Below are positions 29,491 through 38,957 of a stretch of 56,950 nt of DNA, one piece after another. How positions within the stretch are numbered: position 1 is the first letter of the stretch; every line of letters begins with the position of its first letter. The DNA lies in assembly GCA_029561555.1 (NCBI GenBank), contig JAKQXH010000045.1:1-56950 (forward strand), given 5' to 3'. This stretch comes from Candidatus Omnitrophota bacterium (GTDB taxonomy: Bacteria > Omnitrophota > Omnitrophia > Omnitrophales > Omnitrophaceae). The notes beneath the pieces were generated by a model that saw nothing but the letters and a program-made list of their open reading frames with translations, searched no databases and was not told the DNA's origin. Made by a program: the position numbers and the translations under genes.

Positions 29491-29718
29491 TTAGTCCCGC
29501 CCGAATCGATCCATTTCCCGAACCGCTCCGAAAAAATCCCGGCTCTTCCTGTAAAAACTCAGCAGAATGAATCCGGAAATCATCATGAAAAAAGCCGCTA
29601 TAACCGAAAGGGCTTGAGGCCAAATCAAAATAAGAAGACCCAATCCCACGCCCAGCAAACCACTCAAGAGATTATACCGCTCCCATTTCTAAAAGGCATC
29701 TTCAAACCATTTCTCCAT
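29491..29718 (-). pseudogene. 75-codon two-TM small membrane gene (DUF3096-like) with in-frame TAG at codon 10
   Basis: AGGAG-7 nt-ATG; MEKWFEDAF*KWERYNLLSGLLGVGLGLLILIWPQALSVIAAFFMMISGFILLSFYRKSRDFFGAVREMDRFGRD; TAG at 29691-29689. Confidence 0.65.
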
Positions 29719-29737
29719 TACAAATCTCCTTTCCCCG

Positions 29738-29818
29738 GGGCAAAGAGGCAAGCACCCCCGCGGGCGAACGGCCCGCGGGAGGTGCCGAGCGTTTCTGCCT
29801 TGCTTAAGACTTTGCCCG
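29738..29818. other. Nested GC-rich stem-loop inside the hsp20 operon
   Basis: Inner 14-bp stem 29752-29785 with one bulge; outer pairs aggca/tgcct and gggcaaag/ctttgccc. Confidence 0.75.
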
Positions 29819-29820
29819 CT

Positions 29821-30189
29821 TCAATCAATTTTGACGGTCTTGGGACGCGCCCGTTCCGTTTTGGGAAGTCTCAGGTTCAAGACCCCGTTTTCATAAAAGG
29901 CTTTGATCCCCTCGCGGTCGATTTCCGCCCCGAGCACAAAAGTCCTCCGGTATTCAATCGGAAATCTTTCCCGGTACAGCACCGTGTATCCTTCCGGGAC
30001 ATTTTCTTTCTGCCTTCCGGAAAGGTTCAGGACTTCTCCTTCGATTTGAATGGAAAGGTCCTCTTTTGTAAGCCCGGGCATTTCAGCATCAACCGTAATT
30101 TCCTTTTCCTTCTCGTGAATATTAACCAAAGGCGTAATCACCCTGGTTTCTTCCCGATCGTCTTGCTTAATCACGTCTTTCGCCGGCAT
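29821..30189 (-). CDS. Hsp20/alpha-crystallin family protein
   Basis: PLVNIHE...AEMPG...YRRTFVLG...NGVLNLRLPK...VKID. Confidence 0.92.
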   Translation of the reverse strand: MPAKDVIKQDDREETRVITPLVNIHEKEKEITVDAEMPGLTKEDLSIQIEGEVLNLSGRQKENVPEGYTVLYRERFPIEYRRTFVLGAEIDREGIKAFYENGVLNLRLPKTERARPKTVKID

Positions 30190-30238
30190 AAATCCAACCT
30201 CCCTCTCTTGTGCATCGTCCGCTATCGGACACGTTGTT

Positions 30239-30709
30239 TTATTTCACATCAATCTGAATCTGCTTAGGTTTCACCTCTTCCCGTTTGGGCAGGGTCAACT
30301 CCAAGACTCCGTTGTTGTACACGGCCTTTACCTTATCCGCGTCAACAGCCGAAGGGAGCGTAACTGCCCGGTGAAATCCGCCGTAAAATCTCTCGGTCCT
30401 GACGAATTCATCTTCCTTGATTTTATCTTCCCGCTTTTTCTCTCCGCGGATCACCAGCGTATCGTTATGGACCGAAACTTCGATTTCATCCTTTGAAAGT
30501 CCCGGAATATCCGCTTTCACGACGATATTGTCACGGCTGTCATAAATGTCGATCGCGGGACTCCATGCGCCCTCCAGGATTCCCATATCCCGCTCCGGCC
30601 ATCTCGAAAGAGAAAAATCAAATAGCCGGTTCATTTCATTCTGCAACCGCTCAAGTTCGAAAAAAGGATTCGTCCAATTCTTTTCTGGGTTTCTTCTGAT
30701 GAGTGACAT
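30239..30709 (-). CDS. Hsp20/alpha-crystallin family protein
   Basis: AGGAGG SD; WSPAIDIYD...ADIPG...ERFYGGFHRAVTLP...NGVLELTLPK, IQI tail motif. Confidence 0.95.
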   Translation of the reverse strand: MSLIRRNPEKNWTNPFFELERLQNEMNRLFDFSLSRWPERDMGILEGAWSPAIDIYDSRDNIVVKADIPGLSKDEIEVSVHNDTLVIRGEKKREDKIKEDEFVRTERFYGGFHRAVTLPSAVDADKVKAVYNNGVLELTLPKREEVKPKQIQIDVK

Positions 30710-30764
30710 ATTGTTTCCTCCTTTCTTATTTCAAAAGCTCATTCAAAAATCTCAATTTAAATTT

Positions 30765-30781
30765 TGCAGTTTCTATGCCAA
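30765..30781 (-). promoter_or_regulatory. sigma54 (-24/-12) promoter of the hsp20-clpB operon
   Basis: TTGGCATAGAAACTGCA: GG and GC separated by the canonical 10 nt, ~55 nt upstream of the hsp20 ATG. Confidence 0.65.
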
Positions 30782-30878
30782 CGCCCAATCGAATTAATTT
30801 AAATTTCCATATCTTATTAATTATGAATTACTTGCGATACACTAAAGCCATTTTCGCAAATCAAGAAGAAATTAACAT

Positions 30879-30895
30879 TGTGTAAAAATTGCACA
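30879..30895. promoter_or_regulatory. Candidate enhancer-binding-protein site (UAS)
   Basis: Imperfect palindrome TGTGTAA-AAA-TTGCACA ~100 bp upstream of the sigma54 element, across an AT-rich spacer. Confidence 0.4.
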
Positions 30896-30914
30896 CTCGA
30901 TAAAAACAAAACTT

Positions 30915-30946
30915 ATACTTGACTAAATTGATCGTTTATGTAAAAT
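30915..30946 (+). promoter_or_regulatory. sigma70 promoter with overlapping Rrf2-type operator
   Basis: TTGACT-16 nt-TAAAAT; ATACTTGACTAAATTGATCGTTTAT (30915-30939) resembles the IscR type-1 box. Confidence 0.55.
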
Positions 30947-30975
30947 ATTTTCAAATCCAAAAAAACGAGACTGTC

Positions 30976-31404
30976 ATGAAATTACCTGCAAAAATTAAAT
31001 ACGCGTGCAATGCTGTTTTGGAATTGAGTTTTCACTTTAACGGAAAAAAGCCGGTCCCCGTCGAAGTGATTTCAAAATCCCAAAAAATCCCGAAGGAATT
31101 TCTGATTCAGCTTCTATTAAGATTAAAGGCGGCGGGAATCGTCGAAAGCAGCCGCGGAATCCGGGGCGGCTATACCCTCGCCAAACCGCCTGCGCAGTTG
31201 ACCCTGGCCGATATCTTTCGGGCGGTCGATTCTCAAATTTTGAGCGTTAGGAAGAACTCGAAGTCTTTGACAAGTTCGGATTCTAATGATTTAATCTCAG
31301 GCATCTGGGAAGACATTAATCAGGAACTTGCTCAACGGCTGATGATAACTTTCGAAGATCTGAAATCAAAAATCAAAACCGGAGCGGTTAATTATTCCAT
31401 TTGA
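30976..31404 (+). CDS. Rrf2-family transcriptional regulator, CymR-like (no Fe-S Cys triad)
   Basis: IPKEFLIQLLLRLKAAGIVESSRGIRGGYTLAKPP; ends NYSI; heads a Cys/Met operon. Confidence 0.88.
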   Translation: MKLPAKIKYACNAVLELSFHFNGKKPVPVEVISKSQKIPKEFLIQLLLRLKAAGIVESSRGIRGGYTLAKPPAQLTLADIFRAVDSQILSVRKNSKSLTSSDSNDLISGIWEDINQELAQRLMITFEDLKSKIKTGAVNYSI

Positions 31405-32715
<1,311 letters not shown>

Positions 32716-32729
32716 AAAGGAGAGTCCCT

Positions 32730-33665
32730 ATGGCTAAAATCTACGCGGATATCACAAAAACCGTCGGAAGGACACCGCTGGTTAAGATCAATCGCCTGGC
32801 CGCGGGATTGCCCGCAACGATTCTCGCCAAACTCGAATTCTGCAATCCCCTCTCCAGCGTCAAAGACCGGATCGGCGTCGCCATGATCGAAGCCGCCGAA
32901 AGAGAAGGCCTGCTCAAAAGAGATTCCGTCATCATCGAACCCACCAGCGGCAATACGGGAATCGCATTGGCCTTCGCGTCGGCCGCAAAAGGATACCGCC
33001 TGATTCTGACCATGCCCGACACCATGAGCCTGGAACGCCGTCAGCTGCTCAAAATTCTGGGGGCCGACGTCGTGCTGACGGACGGGAAAAAAGGCATGAA
33101 GGGCGCCGTCGAAAAAGCCGAGGAACTGGTCCGGAAGACCCCGAACAGTTTCATGCCCCAACAATTCAATAATCCGGCCAATCCGGAGATCCATCGCAAA
33201 ACCACCGCGGAGGAAATCTGGAATGACACCGAAGGGGCCGTGGATTTTTTTGTCGCGGGAGTCGGCACCGGCGGAACACTGACGGGCGTCGGAGAAGCGT
33301 TGAAAAAGAAGAAACCCTCGGTAAAAGTGATCGCCGTCGAACCCAAGGATTCCCCGGTTCTATCCGGAGGCGCTCCCGGCCCCCACAAAATACAGGGGAT
33401 CGGCGCGGGATTCGTCCCCGGCATCCTCAACCGGGATATTATCGATGAAACCATTCAAGTCGATCATCTGGACGCCGGCCAAACCGCAAAACAACTCGCC
33501 CGGCAAGAAGGCATTCTCGCGGGGATTTCAAGCGGAGCGAACCTCTGGGCCGCGCTGGAAATCGCAAAACGCCGTGAATCGGAGGGCAAGACAATCGTAA
33601 CGGTCGTTTGCGATTCGGGGGAACGATATTTATCAACCTGGCTTTTCGAAGAGTATCTGAAATGA
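32730..33665 (+). CDS. cysK: Cysteine synthase A
   Basis: [43 protein letters not shown]. Confidence 0.96.
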   Translation: MAKIYADITKTVGRTPLVKINRLAAGLPATILAKLEFCNPLSSVKDRIGVAMIEAAEREGLLKRDSVIIEPTSGNTGIALAFASAAKGYRLILTMPDTMSLERRQLLKILGADVVLTDGKKGMKGAVEKAEELVRKTPNSFMPQQFNNPANPEIHRKTTAEEIWNDTEGAVDFFVAGVGTGGTLTGVGEALKKKKPSVKVIAVEPKDSPVLSGGAPGPHKIQGIGAGFVPGILNRDIIDETIQVDHLDAGQTAKQLARQEGILAGISSGANLWAALEIAKRRESEGKTIVTVVCDSGERYLSTWLFEEYLK

Positions 33666-34795
33666 AATCAAAAGGGATCGGAACGGTCAGGCCTCAATAC
33701 TTCACTTTCGCTCAGCCGCCTCATGAAATGAAACTGGAATGCGGAAAATATCTGGGACCGATCACGCTCGCCTATGAAACCTACGGCGAATTGAACGCCG
33801 AAAAAAGCAACGCAATCCTGGTCGCCCACGCCTTTTCGGGAGACGCGCATGCCGCGGGTTACCACGAAGGAGACAAAAACCCGGGATGGTGGGACTCCCT
33901 GATCGGACCGGGGAAAGCACTGGACACCCAGAAATATTTCGTCCTCTGCGTCAACGCCATCGGAGGATGCAAAGGTAGCACGGGCCCGTCCTCGACGAAT
34001 CCCAAAACGGGAAAACCCTACGCCCTGGACTTCCCCATCCTCACGGTCGAAGACATCGTCAAGACCCAGAAATATCTGATCGATCACCTGGGAATCAAAA
34101 AACTTCTTTGCGTCATCGGCGGCTCCATGGGAGGCATGCAAGTCCTTCAGTGGGTCGCGACTTATCCCGAGTCCCTCCGCTGCGCTATCCCGATCGCCAC
34201 CGCCCTGAAACATTCCCCGCAACAAATCGCCTTTGACGAAGTCGGGCGGCAGGCCGTCATGGCCGATCCCGCGTGGAACGAAGGAAATTATTACGGCAAA
34301 AACATCCCCGAAAAGGGACTGGCGGTCGCAAGGATGATCGGGCACATCACCTATATGAGCGACAAATCCATGGAAGAAAAATTTTCCAGGCGGCTGAAAG
34401 ACAAAAGCCCCGATTTTAAATTCGGGGCGGATTTCGAAGTGGAGGGATATCTCCGCTATCGGGGCGATAATTTCGTCAAACGTTTCGACGCCAATTCCTA
34501 TCTTTATCTCACGAAAGCCATGGATCATTTCGACCTCTCCGGCGACAGGCTTTTTTCAAAAGGAGGCCAGAGCGACCTCCGGTTTCTGGTGATCGCATTT
34601 AAATCCGACTGGCTTTACCCCTCTTATCAGTCGCAGGAAATTGTCCGGAAACTCAAGACGCATCACGCCGACGCCACTTACTGTGAAATCAACTCCACCT
34701 ACGGGCACGACGCGTTCCTCCTGGAAGTCGACGAAGAAACGCGCCTCGTCAAACACTTTCTCCAAAAAACCTACTCAGACTTCCAAAAACGCTGA
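33662..34795 (+). CDS. metX: Homoserine O-acyltransferase (start ATG 33662 overlaps the cysK stop)
   Basis: [16 protein letters not shown] nucleophile elbow, RFDANSY, GHDAFL. Confidence 0.94.
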   Translation: MKSKGIGTVRPQYFTFAQPPHEMKLECGKYLGPITLAYETYGELNAEKSNAILVAHAFSGDAHAAGYHEGDKNPGWWDSLIGPGKALDTQKYFVLCVNAIGGCKGSTGPSSTNPKTGKPYALDFPILTVEDIVKTQKYLIDHLGIKKLLCVIGGSMGGMQVLQWVATYPESLRCAIPIATALKHSPQQIAFDEVGRQAVMADPAWNEGNYYGKNIPEKGLAVARMIGHITYMSDKSMEEKFSRRLKDKSPDFKFGADFEVEGYLRYRGDNFVKRFDANSYLYLTKAMDHFDLSGDRLFSKGGQSDLRFLVIAFKSDWLYPSYQSQEIVRKLKTHHADATYCEINSTYGHDAFLLEVDEETRLVKHFLQKTYSDFQKR

Positions 34796-34857
34796 GAAAC
34801 CGGAACCTCCGAACAAAACAGTTGAAAAGATCCTTCTTTGTGTTAATTTAACTACCC

Positions 34858-35451
34858 ATGAACACGCCGCTCAAACGTCTGGATTACAGAGTCATTTACG
34901 AAACCATCGAACCCCGCGCCAAAGTGCTGGATCTCGGCTGCGGAGACGGAGAACTCCTTCATCTGCTCACATCTAAAAAAGACGTTCGGGGACAGGGGAT
35001 CGAGCTGGACGACGAGGCTATTTACCAATGCGTCGAAAAGGGACTGAGCGTCTTCCACAGCGATATCGACAGCGGACTATCAGACTACGGCGATCAGTCG
35101 TTCGACTATGTCATCCTCAATCAAAGTTTGCAGCAGGTCAAGCAAGTCGAATTCGTCATCCGGGAAGCCATGCGGGTCGGGCGGAAAGCCATTATCGGCT
35201 TTCCGAATTTCGCGTATCTCAAAGCGAGATCCATGCTGTTCTTCGGCGGAATGGCGCCCGTCACGCCGTCTCTTCCCTACTGCTGGGCCAATACTCCCAA
35301 TTCCCGGTTCCTGAGTATTAACGATTTTAAGAGTTATTGCGAGCGGAAAGGCATCCGAATCCTGGATTCCTACTATTTGGGAAAGAAACGGCTGGTCCGC
35401 TTCTGGCCGAATTTATTGGCCCTCAACGCTGTTTTCATCATCCAGAAATAA
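34858..35451 (+). CDS. metW: Methionine biosynthesis protein MetW
   Basis: VLDLGCGDG, FDYVILNQSLQ, IIGFPNF, WANTPN; follows metX. Confidence 0.92.
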   Translation: MNTPLKRLDYRVIYETIEPRAKVLDLGCGDGELLHLLTSKKDVRGQGIELDDEAIYQCVEKGLSVFHSDIDSGLSDYGDQSFDYVILNQSLQQVKQVEFVIREAMRVGRKAIIGFPNFAYLKARSMLFFGGMAPVTPSLPYCWANTPNSRFLSINDFKSYCERKGIRILDSYYLGKKRLVRFWPNLLALNAVFIIQK

Positions 35452-35487
35452 AAAACCCCGGGCTCCGCGAAAGGATCCCGGGGTTTG
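35451..35487. terminator. Intrinsic, probably bidirectional terminator between convergent metW and sod
   Basis: aaaccccggg-ctcc...ggat-cccggggttt stem with an A-run on the left and a short T-run on the right. Confidence 0.75.
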
Positions 35488-35526
35488 AGTCATCCCCTGA
35501 AGTCAAAACGACAGCCTTTATTTCCC

Positions 35527-36117
35527 TCAAGAAGCTTTTTGGAAACGTTCCTCGACCGCCTTCCAATCAACGGCTTTAAAAAACGCTTCCAAATAATCGG
35601 CCCGCTTGAGTCCATAATCCAGCATGAAGGCATGCTCGAAAACATCCATCACGAGGAGAGGAATCGACCCGCTCAAATGGCCGGCATCGTGTTCATTGAT
35701 CCAGACATTAAACAGTCTCCCCGCCGCGGGGTCCTGATACAGAACAACCCAGCCGATGCCGCGCATCGACCCGGAAGCCTTGAAATCCTTTGCCCAATCG
35801 TCATAAGAACCGAAATCCCCGGCTATTTTCGAGGCAAGTGCGGAATTCGCGACCGGCCCGCTCGCGGTCTTCGTCATGTTCCCGAAATAATACTCATGCA
35901 GTCTCATCCCGTTAAATTCCCATCCGAAACGGCGTTTCAGTTCCGCGTATTCCGGCGTTCCCTGTTTCCCTTCTTTGACAAAAGCCGCCAGAAGATCCGA
36001 AACTTTGTTCGTGTTGGCCACATACCCCTGATAAAGGGTAAAATGATTTTTCAAAAGCGCATCGCTGAATCCCGTCAACCCCAATAAACTTTCGTAATTC
36101 TTCGCTTGGTATGCCAT
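35527..36117 (-). CDS. Fe/Mn superoxide dismutase family protein
   Basis: HFTLYQGYV, NGMRLHEYYF, DVFEHAF metal ligands; AGGAGG SD. Confidence 0.9.
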   Translation of the reverse strand: MAYQAKNYESLLGLTGFSDALLKNHFTLYQGYVANTNKVSDLLAAFVKEGKQGTPEYAELKRRFGWEFNGMRLHEYYFGNMTKTASGPVANSALASKIAGDFGSYDDWAKDFKASGSMRGIGWVVLYQDPAAGRLFNVWINEHDAGHLSGSIPLLVMDVFEHAFMLDYGLKRADYLEAFFKAVDWKAVEERFQKAS

Positions 36118-36248
36118 GACATCCTCCTTTGAAAGCCGGTTTTCCGGTGAAAAGAAACGAAGCCTCTTTTACGGATTTTATTATACAATATCAGCAGCGG
36201 GACCACAAACCGGCCTTTGCTTCTTGCAAAGCCGGAAAGGAGGATTCA

Positions 36249-36452
36249 ATGAAAGCGTTCTTAGTCGGATTGGCCGTCCTCGTCTCATTTCTGATCATTG
36301 CCTTAGTCGGGATATTATTGTTGCCGCTTCTTTTGGTTCTTGCTCTATTCCTCCGGCTGATCATCGGCTTTCTGCTTATCCTATTCGCCATCTGGTTTCT
36401 GGGGAAAATCGTTCTCTGGCTTCTGGAGGCAATACGCCCGCCAAAACTCTAG
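36249..36452 (+). CDS. Small hydrophobic membrane protein (67 aa)
   Basis: GGAGG SD before ATG 36249; two long hydrophobic stretches. Confidence 0.7.
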   Translation: MKAFLVGLAVLVSFLIIALVGILLLPLLLVLALFLRLIIGFLLILFAIWFLGKIVLWLLEAIRPPKL

Positions 36453-36456
36453 CGAT

Positions 36457-37191
36457 TCACTTTTTCGACCGGAACCAGAGAAAAAAAAGGGGCCTCAAGA
36501 TACTCCACCAGTCCACAAACGGCCGCATTTTGGAATATCCGAGTTTTTTGTCGGGGTACACTTTCGAAACGGGAACTTCCGTCACGCGGTATCCCATCCG
36601 AATGGCCTGACAGAAAAGATAGGGCTCCAGTTCATAATGATCCAGCCAGGATGGATCCAGGCGCAAGCGCCGGTCTCTTAAAACCGAGGCGCGTACGGCT
36701 CTGAAGCCGTTCGTGCTGTCAGTAATCCGCTTGCCTGAAATAAAAGAAAAAATCCAGGGATGAAGAAAACGGGTCGCCAATAACCGGTAAGCCGGCATAT
36801 TCCCGAAATTCCCGCCCGGAAGATACCGCGATCCCTGAACAAAATCCGCCTCATCTTTCACGATCGGTTCCATTAATCGGTTTAATTCGCGGGGTTCGTC
36901 CTTATTATTTCCGGCCATTGTAATCAAAATATCGTAATCCTTGGCACAGCCGTATTCGTACGCCCGGCGGATGGAATACCCGACGCCTTTCTGTTCCGGA
37001 TTCCGGATCAGAAAAAAATGAAATTTTTCGCTAACCCTCTGTATGTCAGCGTCCGTCGACCCGTCATCCACAATCATCACGTCAATCGCAACGGAATCCG
37101 CCCTACCGGAAAACGATTCCCGGATTCTCCGGGCAGTCTCCTCAAGTTTAACGCCCTCATTGAATGCCGGAATGATCACCAATGCCTTCAT
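36457..37191 (-). CDS. GT2 polyprenol-phosphate glycosyltransferase-like protein (start ATG 37191)
   Basis: VIIPAFNE, VDDGSTD, DFVQGSRY, TDSTNGFRA. Confidence 0.88.
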   Translation of the reverse strand: MKALVIIPAFNEGVKLEETARRIRESFSGRADSVAIDVMIVDDGSTDADIQRVSEKFHFFLIRNPEQKGVGYSIRRAYEYGCAKDYDILITMAGNNKDEPRELNRLMEPIVKDEADFVQGSRYLPGGNFGNMPAYRLLATRFLHPWIFSFISGKRITDSTNGFRAVRASVLRDRRLRLDPSWLDHYELEPYLFCQAIRMGYRVTEVPVSKVYPDKKLGYSKMRPFVDWWSILRPLFFLWFRSKK

Positions 37192-37216
37192 CACCTTCGC
37201 CCCGGGCGGCCCTTCA

Positions 37217-37591
37217 TCAACCGGCCGCTCCCGTTTCAAACGCCTGCTTGATTTTCCCGAGCAATTCTTCGGGGCTGAACGGCTTTACCACGTAAGCAAC
37301 GACGCCCTCCATTTCAAAGAGATCCCGCATCTTATCCTTTCCCGTCAGGACAATGATCGGGACTTTAATCAGCGGATTTTCCTCCTTCATTTTCATGAGA
37401 AAGGAATAGCCGTCCATCCGCGGCATAAAGACATCCAGAATAATCAGATCCGGAACCGTATCCTTCAATTTCCGGAGTCCCTCTTCCCCGTTGGATGCCA
37501 TTTCCACGGAATAGTCATGCGCCGCCAGCCAAACTTTCAGAAGCTCAAGCACCTGCAAATCGTCTTCGATCAGAAGAATCTTCTTGGCCAT
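37217..37591 (-). CDS. Stand-alone response regulator receiver
   Basis: IEDD, LIILDVFMP, LTG, KPF. Confidence 0.92.
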   Translation of the reverse strand: MAKKILLIEDDLQVLELLKVWLAAHDYSVEMASNGEEGLRKLKDTVPDLIILDVFMPRMDGYSFLMKMKEENPLIKVPIIVLTGKDKMRDLFEMEGVVAYVVKPFSPEELLGKIKQAFETGAAG

Positions 37592-37642
37592 TTCACAGCC
37601 TCCGCTTTCCAGATTCGACGTTCCAGGGCATCGGTCAATTCA

Positions 37643-38020
37643 TCACCCCGCTCGTTTCTTAAATACGGCTTCGATTTTATTTAAAAGTTCCGCGGCCTGA
37701 AAGGGTTTCACGATATAGTCGGAAACCCCTTCCATCTCAAAAAGGTCCTTCATATTGTCTTTTGCCGTCAGCATAATCACAGGCGTCTTGGACAAAAGAT
37801 TCTCCTCCTTCATCCGGAGCACAAACCCATAGCCGTCCATTTTAGGCATCAAAATATCCAGAAGAACCATATCCGGAGATTCCGCCTTCAACTTCTCGAA
37901 CCCTTCCTCCCCGTCCGAAGCCGTCACAATTTCGTACTGACTTGCCGCAAGCCGGGTCTTCAGCAATTGCACGATATGAGGGTCATCGTCCACCAGCAAA
38001 ATTTTCTTCGCCATTGTCAT
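37643..38020 (-). CDS. Stand-alone response regulator receiver
   Basis: VDDD, VLLDILMP, LTA, KPF. Confidence 0.92.
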   Translation of the reverse strand: MTMAKKILLVDDDPHIVQLLKTRLAASQYEIVTASDGEEGFEKLKAESPDMVLLDILMPKMDGYGFVLRMKEENLLSKTPVIMLTAKDNMKDLFEMEGVSDYIVKPFQAAELLNKIEAVFKKRAG

Positions 38021-38051
38021 CCCCCGCTATTTTCGAAACAAAGACTTTCGC

Positions 38052-38450
38052 TCATTCTTCCTGCTCCGTCCAGTAATCTTTCTTACCTTCAAGAACGTTC
38101 TTGATCGTTTCAAACGCGTCCGTCAGAAACGGCTTATTAAAAACCGCCAAGACGCCGGATTTCAGGCCCCGTGTTTCGGCATCTCCCATTCCGGCGGCCG
38201 TCAGCATAATCACCGGAACGGTTTCGGTCTTTGCGTTTTCTTTCAGCCGGCTGCAAACTTCGGCCCCGTCCATGCCCGGCATCAGAAGATCCAATAACAC
38301 CAGATCCGGTCTCCGCGCAAAAGCTTTTTTCAAAGCATCCTCACCGCTTGACGCCGTCATCACTTCATAGCCCATGGCCGTCAATCTTCGACCGACGATC
38401 TTTAAGACATTCGGCTCGTCATCCACCACTAAGACACATTTGCTCGGCAT
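38052..38450 (-). CDS. Stand-alone response regulator receiver
   Basis: VDDE, VLLDLLMP, LTA, KPF. Confidence 0.92.
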   Translation of the reverse strand: MPSKCVLVVDDEPNVLKIVGRRLTAMGYEVMTASSGEDALKKAFARRPDLVLLDLLMPGMDGAEVCSRLKENAKTETVPVIMLTAAGMGDAETRGLKSGVLAVFNKPFLTDAFETIKNVLEGKKDYWTEQEE

Positions 38451-38497
38451 TTATTCTGCCTTTCCGTTAAAAAACCCTCCGAAATTTCAGCCAAAAA

Positions 38498-38890
38498 TCA
38501 TTTATCTTTTGACCACGTTCCGTCAAAAATCGCTTTTGCCGTATCCAGCAGTTCATTGATAAAAGGCTTCAGAATAACCGTAATTGCCCCTGCCTTTTCG
38601 CATCGGGCTACGATATCCGCGAGTTTTCCGTTGGTAAAAAAGACCACCGGGATATCTTTGGTTTCCGGGCCGGAAGTCAGCCTCTGGCAAAGCCCCACTC
38701 CGTCTTTTTCATTCCCCATGTACAGATCAAGCACAATCAAATCCGGCTTTTCCCGAACCGCTTTTTGGACAACCTCCTCAATATCATTCTTCAGGGATTC
38801 CACATGATACCCCGCCCCTTCAAGCCTCTTTTTCACGATTTTCAATATTGTCGCATCATCATCTACGTGAAAAATCCTTTTCTGAGCCAT
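38498..38890 (-). CDS. Stand-alone response regulator receiver
   Basis: VDDD, IVLDLYMG, FTN, KPF. Confidence 0.9.
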   Translation of the reverse strand: MAQKRIFHVDDDATILKIVKKRLEGAGYHVESLKNDIEEVVQKAVREKPDLIVLDLYMGNEKDGVGLCQRLTSGPETKDIPVVFFTNGKLADIVARCEKAGAITVILKPFINELLDTAKAIFDGTWSKDK

Positions 38891-38957
38891 TGTTTCCTCC
38901 GGTTTAAAAATCTTTTTTCTGAAACATGCGAATTTTCACAAAAACAATTTTCGAATT

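Noticed and set aside
29689-29691. Genome-wide TAG reassignment
   Set aside because: prfB (12502) and pyrH (52882) end normally at TAG.
30710-30975. CIRCE element or horizontally acquired AT-rich island
   Set aside because: No TTAGCACTC-N9-GAGTGCTAA; the AT richness is confined to a divergent promoter region.
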